This document shows, piece after piece, positions 35,398-44,918 of a stretch of 57,777 bases of DNA (position 1 is its first letter; the number at the start of each line of letters is the position of its first letter). Both the position numbers and the translations under genes were made by a program. A model generated the notes under the pieces. That model was not told where the DNA came from and did no database searches. It saw only the letters and a program-made list of their open reading frames with translations. The DNA is from a bacterium (GTDB lineage Bacteria > Patescibacteriota > Minisyncoccia > Phycocordibacterales > UBA2100), in assembly GCA_038128225.1 (NCBI GenBank), contig JAYPJF010000001.1, positions 318,740-376,516 of the forward strand, given 5' to 3'.

Positions 35398-37598
35398 CAA
35401 GAAAGAAAATAGTATATGTATTGCGGGGGGTTGGTGTGGGCGGAATCGAAATGCATTCATGTCGTCAACTCGCGCTCCTTTCGTCTGAGGACTGGGAGCG
35501 ACATCTCGTTACCCTTACTCCTGTACAGGATCGTGACAGAGCGCTCATACCTGAGGGTGTGACCTTGCATCCATTTCATTTTTCAGGAATTTGGGACTTT
35601 GCACAATTGTTTCTTTTAGCGAGGCGAATGCGGATAATTCGACCTGACATAGTTGTCTCAAGTGTGTTTGATGCAAACATGATCACTCGAATCATAAAGC
35701 TTGTTTGCGCATACCGCCTCATTAATCGAGAACACAGTATCACCGTCGATAAACCGCATTGGCAACGCACACTCGATCGCCTACTCTCACCCCTTGCAGA
35801 TGTTATTGTTGCCGTGTCACACGCAGTTGCTGACTTTGAATCAGAACAAAGCGGTCTCGCACGCGAACGTTTTGTCGTGATTCATAATGGTGTTGATTTG
35901 GGCGCGGTTGAGGATGCAAAACAATGTGATCGCTCCACCATGAGGCGAGAACTTGGTATTCGTGAGTCAGAAAAGATTATTGTGAGTGTAGGGCGACTCA
36001 AAGAGCAAAAGAACCACGCTCTTTTACTCGACGCGTTTGCGCTTTTTGCGAAAAACGTTTCAGGGTACACGCTTCTTTTGGTTGGAGACGGTGGGGAACG
36101 CGGAAAGCTTGAAGATCGGGCGCGGGGTCTCGGTATCTTTGATCGCGTCGTATTTGCTGGGCGAAAAGAAAATGCGCTGCCATATTATACGCTTGCCGAG
36201 TTTTCTGCACTCACATCTCCGTACGAGGGTTTCGGTACCGTGTGTGTTGAATCACTCGCGTTTGGTAAACCGGTAGTGGCGACTCGTTCGCGTGGCGTGG
36301 AAGAAATACTCGAGGATGGGATAACTGGGTTACTCACAGACCATAACGTGGAAGCGCTCGCGCAGGCATTTGACCGCATGGCGCGCAGGTCCTCTGATGA
36401 ACGAGAACGTATGGAACATGCGTGCGTTACCGCGGCAGCCAAATTTAGCCTTGAACGTAATGTTGCCGCATACGAACGTCTCTTTATTCCTTCGGCAAAG
36501 CCTCTTGTTTTATTCGCGCTTCCTGGCGTTACGCTTGGAGGAATCGAGCGGCACCTTGCACGGCAGTTGCAACATTTTGACAATAAATATCGATACGCAA
36601 TCTTGCTTCCGTTTGCAAAAAACAGCGATACTCTGCGCAGTATATTTCCAGAATCTGTACCGGTATACGCGTTAGGTTTTACACGATTACTTTCGATTGC
36701 AACCTGGTGGCGTTTGTATCGTTTCTTACGGTTCCATCAACCGCGGATCGTTGTTTCGAGCGTGTACACCACTAACGCACTTATTCTTATCATGTCGTAT
36801 TTCTGCAGGTTTCGATTTATAGCCCGGGAACATAACGTATTCCCACGCAAATCGTGGCGGTTTCGCGTAAGCGACGCACTAGTCGCGCGGCGCGCAGATG
36901 CGTATATTGGCAATTCGAATGGTGTGGCTGATGACATGGCGCGCAATGCGTTAATTGCGCGCGAACGCATTACCGTCATCCCAAATGGAATCGATCTTGA
37001 GGAAATGGGGCGCGTACAAAGATCGGTTCAGCGTGATGTAATTCGGCATGCGTGGGGTGCGAATAATAATACGCGCGTCATTCTCTCCGTTGGGCGTTTG
37101 CGTGTTCAAAAGCGGCATGAGCTCCTTTTGCGTGCAGTAGCGTCGATGGGTGATAAAGATCGGTACGTGGTCGTTATTGTTGGCGACGGACCAGAGCGCG
37201 CTACGCTCGAACGCGTGGCGAATGATCTACATATTCAGCATATGGTCAAGTTTCTCGGTGCGCTCGATGCGTTGCCTGTGTATCCTGCTGCAGATGTATT
37301 TGTGCTTACTTCTGAACGTGAAGGATTTCCAAATGTTGTACTCGAAGCACTTGCGAGCGGTGTCCCCGTCGTGAGTACGCGTATGCCGGGCGTTGTTGAT
37401 GTGATAACAGAAGGAGTCACTGGTGCACTCGTGTCATCTGACTCAGAAGCAGTAGCGCGTGGCATTCGCATGGTGAGCGAATTGCGAAGCCAAAAAGGAG
37501 AAGAAGTTGCTGAGCATTGCCGCCAATCAGTTCAATCGTATGATATACATAAAAACACAAGCGCATACACAGCGTTGTTCAACCGACTCTTGTCATGA
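35394..37598 (+). CDS. Tandem GT4-GT4 glycosyltransferase
   Basis: Two complete GT-B units: GGIE..HNGV..VGRL..EGFGTVCVESL and GGIE..PNGI..VGRL..EGFPNVVLEAL. Confidence 0.9.
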   Translation: MTRKKIVYVLRGVGVGGIEMHSCRQLALLSSEDWERHLVTLTPVQDRDRALIPEGVTLHPFHFSGIWDFAQLFLLARRMRIIRPDIVVSSVFDANMITRIIKLVCAYRLINREHSITVDKPHWQRTLDRLLSPLADVIVAVSHAVADFESEQSGLARERFVVIHNGVDLGAVEDAKQCDRSTMRRELGIRESEKIIVSVGRLKEQKNHALLLDAFALFAKNVSGYTLLLVGDGGERGKLEDRARGLGIFDRVVFAGRKENALPYYTLAEFSALTSPYEGFGTVCVESLAFGKPVVATRSRGVEEILEDGITGLLTDHNVEALAQAFDRMARRSSDERERMEHACVTAAAKFSLERNVAAYERLFIPSAKPLVLFALPGVTLGGIERHLARQLQHFDNKYRYAILLPFAKNSDTLRSIFPESVPVYALGFTRLLSIATWWRLYRFLRFHQPRIVVSSVYTTNALILIMSYFCRFRFIAREHNVFPRKSWRFRVSDALVARRADAYIGNSNGVADDMARNALIARERITVIPNGIDLEEMGRVQRSVQRDVIRHAWGANNNTRVILSVGRLRVQKRHELLLRAVASMGDKDRYVVVIVGDGPERATLERVANDLHIQHMVKFLGALDALPVYPAADVFVLTSEREGFPNVVLEALASGVPVVSTRMPGVVDVITEGVTGALVSSDSEAVARGIRMVSELRSQKGEEVAEHCRQSVQSYDIHKNTSAYTALFNRLLS

Positions 37599-38473
37599 TT
37601 ACTTTCGTTGAACGTATCGCATGCCCTCTCTGTGGAGGCAAGGATTTTCGAGTATTGATAGAACGTGGATTCGATGCGCCAGACATGCAGGTGTTTTTCA
37701 AGGAATTCTATGTCGGTCGTGCACAGGTTCCTAAGGGGCGCTATGCACTTGCAGAATGTATATGCGGCGGTGTTTGGCAGAAGAATATTCTTAACGATGC
37801 GGGTATGGAAGCTCTGTATGGAAGATGGATTGATCCAAGTGAGAGTTTTAAAAAGAAAACAGCTGCACACTGGGATCTCTATCGAAAATACGCACGAGAA
37901 GTGCAGTTTATTGAAAAACTTTTTCCAAAAAAAGTACCTTGCGAGATCAACGTCTTGGATTTCGGTGCAGGATGGGGGATGTGGCTTCAGATGGCGCGTG
38001 CACATGGGTTAAAGGGTATGGGAGTCGAAATCGCAGCTGACCGTATTTTGTACGCACAAACGCTCGGCATAGAACTTGTACCCACCCTCGAAGATCTTTC
38101 TCACGGCATTCTTTTTGACTTTATAAACGCGGAACAGGTGTTTGAGCACGTTGCAGATCCTCGGAGCGAAATAACAGCCTTAATTGCAAAACTACGACCG
38201 GGGGGTGTTATGCATATTGCAGTGCCTAATGGCGAGCCCGACATCATTCGTGCTCGCAAAGGCTTGTGGCGACCTGTTAAAGGCGCGACGCAACCGTTGG
38301 AGCATGTTAATGCATATACCGCAAAAAGTTTAGACTCATTTCTCAAACATCATGGCCTTGTGTATGTTGATGACGGAAGTGCAGCTTTTCGTGGGCGTAC
38401 TGCCGCGTTTCATTCATTTATGCGCAAGGTACGCGGCCCGTACACTACATCTCAATACGTGCGAAAGACTTGA
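37595..38473 (+). CDS. Class I SAM-dependent methyltransferase with N-terminal CPLC Zn-ribbon
   Basis: CPLC, VLDFGAGWG, QVFEHV.DP, LRPGG. Confidence 0.87.
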   Translation: MITFVERIACPLCGGKDFRVLIERGFDAPDMQVFFKEFYVGRAQVPKGRYALAECICGGVWQKNILNDAGMEALYGRWIDPSESFKKKTAAHWDLYRKYAREVQFIEKLFPKKVPCEINVLDFGAGWGMWLQMARAHGLKGMGVEIAADRILYAQTLGIELVPTLEDLSHGILFDFINAEQVFEHVADPRSEITALIAKLRPGGVMHIAVPNGEPDIIRARKGLWRPVKGATQPLEHVNAYTAKSLDSFLKHHGLVYVDDGSAAFRGRTAAFHSFMRKVRGPYTTSQYVRKT

Positions 38474-39560
38474 GAACTATTTCAGCGCGCTTCTCCCATG
38501 TATAGTGACGCATAAAACGTTCCCGTGCGGCGGCGCCGAGTCTCATTCGTTCCGGTTCGTTTCGAAGACTCTCAACCGCTGATGCCCATGCGTTTGGATC
38601 ATCTGGTGCAACGATTCGCGCGCATGTCTCATCAAGCACTTCCCGTATGACGGGTACGTCGGATACAATAATTGCCTTGCCGTGTGCCATATACTCAAAT
38701 AATTTTAGGGGTGATGTATATGATCCGATATTTATCGTGGGAGATCCGTGCGGGCGCACTGTTTTTTGGATAGGGAGCAAACAGACATCAATTGCTTGTA
38801 TATACGCTGTGGTTTCGTGCGGTTCAACGAAGCCGTAAAAATGCACATTCGGTTCGGTTGTTTTTTGTTTCCAATAAGCGATATCGTGTTCTGTGCCGCC
38901 GATGATGTGTATGCCAACATCGGGTATGCGTGGCGCAAGTTCAGTAATCACCTCCATGCCTTTGCCTTCATATAGGCTTCCTGTATACCCGACGTGCAGC
39001 GCATGATTTGTTCCCTGGAGTACCGCTGCCTCACGCTTCGTGGGAAGTACTCCTCCGTCATGAGCCACAATAACTTTAAGAGAGGGATAGTGTTCTTGGT
39101 AGGCGGACTTCAGTGCTTCGGAAATTACAACTATATGCGAGAAAGCCGGTAGGGTGATGAGTATTCGGAAAGCGATTGCTGACCACCATCCTTTTTCCCA
39201 GACAGGAAAGTGCGACTCATAGACTGTAGGGATTCCACGATGAGCTGCAAAAAGACACCCGAGCACAAAGCGGCCATAAGCAACATTCGCGTTCGAGGTG
39301 CGGATAGCAAGAAATAAACGCCATACGTAGCGCACAAACCCTAAAGATTCTTTAACTATTGGCACCCCAACGAGTGAGAATACTTGTGATGTACCATAAA
39401 AAGACCATATGACCGCGTCCGACTCATTTAAGGGGCGCTTCATATACATAAGCGCAACTGTATGGCCGTGTGCCGAGAAAGCTTCGCACATTCGCATTAT
39501 TTGGATTGAGTGTGCGGTTTTGCTCGGGAGGTATGCATTCGAGATATACAGTATTTTCAT
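38445..39560 (-). CDS. Glycosyltransferase family 4
   Basis: AHSIQIMRMCEAF, YTGSLYEGKG, SPLKLFEYMAHGKAI. Confidence 0.92.
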   Translation of the reverse strand: MKILYISNAYLPSKTAHSIQIMRMCEAFSAHGHTVALMYMKRPLNESDAVIWSFYGTSQVFSLVGVPIVKESLGFVRYVWRLFLAIRTSNANVAYGRFVLGCLFAAHRGIPTVYESHFPVWEKGWWSAIAFRILITLPAFSHIVVISEALKSAYQEHYPSLKVIVAHDGGVLPTKREAAVLQGTNHALHVGYTGSLYEGKGMEVITELAPRIPDVGIHIIGGTEHDIAYWKQKTTEPNVHFYGFVEPHETTAYIQAIDVCLLPIQKTVRPHGSPTINIGSYTSPLKLFEYMAHGKAIIVSDVPVIREVLDETCARIVAPDDPNAWASAVESLRNEPERMRLGAAARERFMRHYTWEKRAEIVLKSFARIEM

Positions 39561-39594
39561 ATTGATACGAGCAGCGTATCATACGGGAGCTCGT

Positions 39595-40485
39595 ATGCTA
39601 TTTTCTAAACTTGTTAACCCAATCGTGGCGCGTCTTCGCGTGCTTGGAGTGCGCGAGATGGACAGTGAAGTGCGCGCTTTTTTACTCACTCCCGGTTTTT
39701 TGCGCAAGAAACGGTGGATTGATTTTTTCGTTCGCGACACATTTATTGAACATCTTGATGAGAAAAACAAAACCGCGGTTGTCCAAGGAATAAAGTTTTC
39801 ATATAAAGGGATTTCAACAAAGGATTTTGTTCGCGAAGTTGTGTCGATCATATTTGGAAACAATTCGTACGTACAAAGAAATTTCTCAGATCCCCATTTT
39901 TTTAACATCGAGGGCCCGTATGAGCACGGCCCGGTTACAGTTGAGCCTGGCGACATTGTTATAGATGCTGGTGCAAACATGGGGGTGTTTTCATTGTATG
40001 CCGCACAACAATGCAGGCCACATGGTCATGTATATGCATTTGAGCCTATTGCACAAACACGCATCATGCTTGATCACAACGTACATCAAAACGATACGAC
40101 CGAACAGGTAAGCGTGATGCCGCTTGCACTTGGTGCACAAACTGGTGAGAGAACGTTTGTGGTCAACGCGCTCCATCTTGGTTCGAGTTCAGGTGTTTTG
40201 AATGCCGCAGGAGAGAAGCATGTCGTGCATCAGACCTCACTCGACACGTTTGTGCACACCAGAGCTATTCAAAAAGTCTCATTTATTAAAGCAGACATTG
40301 AAGGAATGGAGCGAGAACTGTTAGATGGCGCAGTTGAAACTATCAGGCAATACAAACCAAAAATCGCATTGTGCACCTACCATCACGCCGATGACCCGCA
40401 AGAACTAGAAAAGCGCATCAAAAATATCGTACCAGAGTATGCGGTGGTGCATAGCGAGAAAAAGTTGTATGCACACGTGCCTTAG
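39595..40485 (+). CDS. FkbM-family methyltransferase
   Basis: VIDAGANMG.FS, YAFEP, FIKADIEG.E...L.GA...I..YKP. Confidence 0.92.
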   Translation: MLFSKLVNPIVARLRVLGVREMDSEVRAFLLTPGFLRKKRWIDFFVRDTFIEHLDEKNKTAVVQGIKFSYKGISTKDFVREVVSIIFGNNSYVQRNFSDPHFFNIEGPYEHGPVTVEPGDIVIDAGANMGVFSLYAAQQCRPHGHVYAFEPIAQTRIMLDHNVHQNDTTEQVSVMPLALGAQTGERTFVVNALHLGSSSGVLNAAGEKHVVHQTSLDTFVHTRAIQKVSFIKADIEGMERELLDGAVETIRQYKPKIALCTYHHADDPQELEKRIKNIVPEYAVVHSEKKLYAHVP

Positions 40486-40631
40486 AAAAACGTATAGATG
40501 ATCGGAGCAAACACTGATTTTTCTGCGAAGATGAGGAGAAAACCGAGTAGTACGATGAACGCAAACAGAGGCACCACGATCCAGTTACGACGCAATTTTG
40601 CGTAGAGCCATAATTCTTTTAGTAAATCCAT
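40482..40631 (-). CDS. DUF5989-like small membrane protein (49 aa; absent from the ORF track)
   Basis: Translated by hand: MDLLKELWLYAKLRRNWIVVPLFAFIVLLGFLLIFAEKSVFAPIIYTFF. This is the typical short partner of carbamoyltransferase/SxtJ clusters. Confidence 0.8.
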   Translation of the reverse strand: MDLLKELWLYAKLRRNWIVVPLFAFIVLLGFLLIFAEKSVFAPIIYTFF

Positions 40632-40636
40632 CATAA

Positions 40637-41707
40637 TTATTGCTGACGAATATATTCTGCCACAGTTTCCCCGACAATTCTATGTCCGCTGGTGTTGAAA
40701 TGACCGTCAATTGGATAGAACAAAAGTTCCCCTTGAGCCGCTCTAGACTCAAAGAGTGGCAAGAAGTCAATATATGCAATGTTGTGTGCTTTAAGCATCG
40801 CTATTAGATTTTCTTGCGGTTGCGTGTATACAAAGTCTTTGTATGCGGGAAGGCGAAATTCTTTATGGACTTGTATTTTGTCCGGGAAAAGGAGTACGAG
40901 TAGACTGAATTTATGAGTAGTCGCGAGCGCTTTCAATCGTACGAGCTCTTGCTCGGTACGTGCGTACCCCTCCTCGATGAGCGGCGTAATCTCGGGAAGG
41001 AATATCTGATACTCGGGAGAAACAGCGGTGTCGGTACTTGTGGCCGTAGAGGTAACTGCGCGGCCCAAGAATGCATTGCGGGCTTTTAAGTCGAGTACAT
41101 AACGCACTGACGCACTATGATTAATAGCGAATGCTTTTGCGTGCTCTTTCCAGAGAGGGAACCCAGTCAGTGTCTTTTGTGCATCAATCGACTGTTCGGA
41201 CACATTGTTAATGACGTCATTTCCGATAAAAAATCCAACGGTCACGATATCAGGGGAAAACGAAAGTCCTACATTTTCGAGCACATAACGTTCCTTGCGT
41301 GTGCCGTATCCGCCGCGCCCGAGGTTTACTACTTCGTATTTTTTCTCAGTTTTGTTTAGCTCGGCTTCCGCGATCGCAGTATATGAATCGTGATCTTCAA
41401 CGTGTCGCGCTTCGGTGAACGAGTCTCCAAGCGCAATTACGCGAGTTACCTCCGCCTGTTTTTCTTTCGGGTACCATTTCCCCCAGAATCCGTCTGCATT
41501 GATGTGTTTTGTAGTGGTGTATTCAGGCATGTTTCTCGTAACGGTCGCATGAGGGCGGGGTACGTATCCGAGTATTGGATCAAAAAGGAGAGCCTCATCG
41601 CTCGTGAGCGAAAATACTCGAACCACTATTTCAAGCGCGAGAAACAAGACAACGCATGTTATTGCAGAGAGCATCAATCCTTCGCGTATGTTTTTATATG
41701 GTGACAT
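40637..41707 (-). CDS. SGNH/GDSL hydrolase-family protein with N-terminal TM anchor
   Basis: ALGDSFT, VNLGRGGYG, GND, DGHFN..GH. Confidence 0.87.
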   Translation of the reverse strand: MSPYKNIREGLMLSAITCVVLFLALEIVVRVFSLTSDEALLFDPILGYVPRPHATVTRNMPEYTTTKHINADGFWGKWYPKEKQAEVTRVIALGDSFTEARHVEDHDSYTAIAEAELNKTEKKYEVVNLGRGGYGTRKERYVLENVGLSFSPDIVTVGFFIGNDVINNVSEQSIDAQKTLTGFPLWKEHAKAFAINHSASVRYVLDLKARNAFLGRAVTSTATSTDTAVSPEYQIFLPEITPLIEEGYARTEQELVRLKALATTHKFSLLVLLFPDKIQVHKEFRLPAYKDFVYTQPQENLIAMLKAHNIAYIDFLPLFESRAAQGELLFYPIDGHFNTSGHRIVGETVAEYIRQQ

Positions 41708-41708
41708 A

Positions 41709-43475
41709 TCAATCAAGTGTCGCTGCAATTTTCTGTTTTTGTTCACGCGCTGCTGCCGAGGCAACGAGGTGTGGACACAGTTTCTTTTCAACGACATGGT
41801 TTCCGATGACCAGCGTGTCCATATCGGTTTCAAGAAATGTACGCAACGCGTCTTCGGGCGAGCAGACGATTGGTTCACCACGCACGTTAAACGATGTATT
41901 AATGATTACTGCGCATCCTGTATGTTTATAAAATGCTTCAATGAGTGCGTAATAAAGAGCGTTATCTGTGCGCGTTACAGTTTGAAGGCGCGCCGTATAG
42001 TCTACATGAGTCACGGCAGGAATAGTATCGACTATAACGGGTGCAATAAAGAGCATGTAAGGGCTTTGAGTGGGAAACTCAAAATAATCGCGTGAGTGAT
42101 CATAGAGTACGCTCGGAGCAAACGGGCGGAAGCTTTCACGGAATTTTATCTTTACATTTACACGTTTCCAGTTCTCGGCATTGCGCGCGTCAGCGATGAT
42201 TGAGCGGTTGCCCAGCGCGCGTGGGCCCCACTCCATACGCCCCTGAAACCACCCTACAACATGCCCTTCGTCAATATACTGTGCAGTCTTGCGTAACAAT
42301 TCCTCTGTGTCGTAGGTTGTGAACGGTATTTTTTGTTTGTGGAACAGTTCAGAAACTGACTCGTTTGTATACGCGGGTCCCCAATACGAATGCGCCATTG
42401 GCTTGACCCGTGGTTGTTTCAGCACTTCATGATGGACCCACCACGCCGCGCCTAGCGCTCCTCCTGCGTCACCTGCCGCGGGCTGTATGTATACGCGGTC
42501 AAACCCCGCTTCCTTCAATATGTGGTAGTTTGCAACACAATTGAGTGCAACCCCACCGGCAAGGCAGAGCGCGTCGCACCCGCTCTGAGCGCGCACGTAG
42601 GTAGCAAGTGCAACCATACGTTCGTTGGTGAGTTCTTGAATGCTTGCGGCAAGATCTTTATGGTGCTGTTCGAGCGCGCTCTCTGCTTCGCGTCGGGGAA
42701 ACCCGAGTATTTTTTGCAGCGTACGTTCAATAAACATCATGACAAAAAAGTAGCGGGTGAGTGACGGGTGTAGTTTGAAACTCCCATCTGCATACGTGGT
42801 TATGAGCGAGCGCAGCGCAGCTGTATAGTGAGGAGTGCCATACGGAGCGAGGCCCATTACTTTGTATTCGGCGCTATTTGTTTTGAAGCCGAGGAAGTGA
42901 GTGACGATGCTATACAGCAGTCCCCATGAGTGTGGGTATCGAATTTCTTGGCGCATGATTATCGATGAGGTGTCGCCAATACCCCAGCTTGTCGTTGCCC
43001 ACTCGCCGATCCCGTCTACGGTTAAGAGTGCCGCTTTTTCAAATGGAGAAGCGTAAAAGGCGCTAGCTGCATGCGCCACATGATGTTCGGCGAAGTAAAT
43101 CGGCCCTTTGTAGTTGAGTAATCGTGCGATGCGACTCTTGATCGAGATCTTTTCCTTAAGCCATTGCGGAATTGCGTTAAGGAATTGTCCGTAGCCAAAC
43201 GGCCACGTCTGAATAAAACTTTCGAGAATGCGCTCAAATTTCAGAAAAGGCTTATCATAAAAAGCGATGTATGCGACGTCGTCGATCGCGATCTGTGCTT
43301 CTTGTAAACAATATGCGATTGCATGTTGGGGGAACGACTCGTCATGCTTCTTGCGCGTGAAGCGCTCTTCGTGCGCGGCGGCGACAATCTCGCCGTCTCT
43401 CAAGAGCGCAGCTGCGGCGTCGTGGTAAAAACACGAAATGCCGAGAATGTAGGTTGGTTTAGAATTGGAGTTCAT
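41709..43475 (-). CDS. Carbamoyltransferase (NodU/CmcH family)
   Basis: ILGISCFYHDAAA, EERFTR.KH, EHH.AHAASAF, EYKVMGLAPYG, GGVALNC, GRMEWGPRALGNRSI, RESFRPFAP, NTSFNVRGEPIV. Confidence 0.95.
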   Translation of the reverse strand: MNSNSKPTYILGISCFYHDAAAALLRDGEIVAAAHEERFTRKKHDESFPQHAIAYCLQEAQIAIDDVAYIAFYDKPFLKFERILESFIQTWPFGYGQFLNAIPQWLKEKISIKSRIARLLNYKGPIYFAEHHVAHAASAFYASPFEKAALLTVDGIGEWATTSWGIGDTSSIIMRQEIRYPHSWGLLYSIVTHFLGFKTNSAEYKVMGLAPYGTPHYTAALRSLITTYADGSFKLHPSLTRYFFVMMFIERTLQKILGFPRREAESALEQHHKDLAASIQELTNERMVALATYVRAQSGCDALCLAGGVALNCVANYHILKEAGFDRVYIQPAAGDAGGALGAAWWVHHEVLKQPRVKPMAHSYWGPAYTNESVSELFHKQKIPFTTYDTEELLRKTAQYIDEGHVVGWFQGRMEWGPRALGNRSIIADARNAENWKRVNVKIKFRESFRPFAPSVLYDHSRDYFEFPTQSPYMLFIAPVIVDTIPAVTHVDYTARLQTVTRTDNALYYALIEAFYKHTGCAVIINTSFNVRGEPIVCSPEDALRTFLETDMDTLVIGNHVVEKKLCPHLVASAAAREQKQKIAATLD

Positions 43476-43698
43476 GGCTATTAGTGCGAGGAGATTCATG
43501 ATCAACCCACATACTGTGTGACTTTTTTGCTGATATACGTGAGCGTATAACGTACAAGATCCCGAAAACGGGGATAAGGACCCAGTAGATGAGTGACAGT
43601 ACAATACGTGTGTTGAACCACCCCAAAACACCAATAAGGTACATGTAACTTTTGTATGCGTGGCGTCGCATATTGTGTAGCGTTTCCATACGCTGCAT
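43459..43698 (-). CDS. SxtJ-like membrane protein (short)
   Basis: GWFNTRIVLSLIY...P..G....R...S.W......QF pattern; immediately upstream of the carbamoyltransferase. Start is uncertain (43698 or 43728). Confidence 0.7.
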   Translation of the reverse strand: MQRMETLHNMRRHAYKSYMYLIGVLGWFNTRIVLSLIYWVLIPVFGILYVIRSRISAKKSHSMWVDHESPRTNSHELQF

Positions 43699-43709
43699 AA
43701 TTATTGCCC

Positions 43710-44918
43710 ATGGAGATGTCTGAGGCAATCAGGAGACGGGTCAGCGAGCGGAGTTACACAAAAGACCGTATGCCATTCGAAACACTCAAGGAACTCATCG
43801 CTGCTGCGCAAGAGGCTCCATCCGCATGTAATTTGCAGCTCACTGAATACGTGATCGTTGATGACCCAAAGCTTCTCGAAGTGTTTGCTAAAAAAGTAAG
43901 TGGTAAGTTCGCTTGGGCGTCTACGTATGTTTTTCTGGTGTACGATTCACGATTTACAATCAAGCGACATGCGGGTGTTGTGAGTCTAGGAGCGAGCGCT
44001 GAAAATCTTATGCTTGCGGCTACTGATCGCGGGCTCGCGACATGTCCAATGGCGGGGTTTGATCGTGATGACATTATAAAAAAAGCACTACAAATTCCCG
44101 ATCATTACCAGATAGGGCTCGCGATTGCGATTGGGTACGCTGCTACAGATTCTCACAAACAACGTATTCGCGTTCCAGCTCATACGGTAACGCATCACAA
44201 CATCTTCGTTGATCATCAGACGATGCGAGAAGACTGGAACATCCGTGCGTGGAGTATTCGTGAGATTATCTCGTATCGAGAACGTATCGCGCCCGTATAT
44301 TTGTATGGCGAGCGTGCCAACCTCCAGTCTTTTCCTCGTGTTGTATATACAGAAGCAGCGCGTATATGTGGCGAGGTGTGTGGAAAATATAACCCCGTAA
44401 AAATTCTCGATTTACACACATACGATGGCGCGTTTATTAGCGTCTTGAAAAACCTGTTTCCCACAGCGTTATATACATGCGCAGACTATACGCACTATGT
44501 GCGCGCGGTTATACAGCGGCAACATGCGCATGCGCAAACAGTGCAGATTTCAGAAACAGATGTCGTAGCGGTAGCGGACGCCACGCAAGATTTAGTGACG
44601 TTTGTGCACAAAGCATGGTTTGTTCCTCGTGTTGAAATTGTGTGCAAGGAGGCGTGTCGAGTACTCAAACCAGGCGGGCATTTTTTTCTTACACTGCCAC
44701 GAGAGACGTTTAAGGAACGCGCGTCTTTTTTTCTACGGCGCATATTTTTCTGGCGAGAAACGGGTAACGTCTATGAGAAAAACCCTTACTATAAGATTGG
44801 TCCCTGGCACTTTGTTTCTGCGAGACAATGCGCTATAGAAGCAACGCGTGCGGGGTTCTCACTATCTCTAGAAGGTTCGTTGTCGAGTGGGTCGTGGATG
44901 TTGTATGAGAAAAAGTGA
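43710..44918 (+). CDS. Nitroreductase-family domain fused to a methyltransferase-like domain
   Basis: RRVSERSY..EAPSACNLQ, IAIGY; C-terminal ILDL..YDG..CRVLKPGGHFFL. Confidence 0.78.
   Translation: MEMSEAIRRRVSERSYTKDRMPFETLKELIAAAQEAPSACNLQLTEYVIVDDPKLLEVFAKKVSGKFAWASTYVFLVYDSRFTIKRHAGVVSLGASAENLMLAATDRGLATCPMAGFDRDDIIKKALQIPDHYQIGLAIAIGYAATDSHKQRIRVPAHTVTHHNIFVDHQTMREDWNIRAWSIREIISYRERIAPVYLYGERANLQSFPRVVYTEAARICGEVCGKYNPVKILDLHTYDGAFISVLKNLFPTALYTCADYTHYVRAVIQRQHAHAQTVQISETDVVAVADATQDLVTFVHKAWFVPRVEIVCKEACRVLKPGGHFFLTLPRETFKERASFFLRRIFFWRETGNVYEKNPYYKIGPWHFVSARQCAIEATRAGFSLSLEGSLSSGSWMLYEKK

Noticed and set aside
40482-43698. Saxitoxin biosynthesis cluster
   Set aside because: Only the generic carbamoyltransferase and SxtJ-like parts are present. 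No sxtA-type PKS or amidinotransferase, and the context is glycan synthesis.
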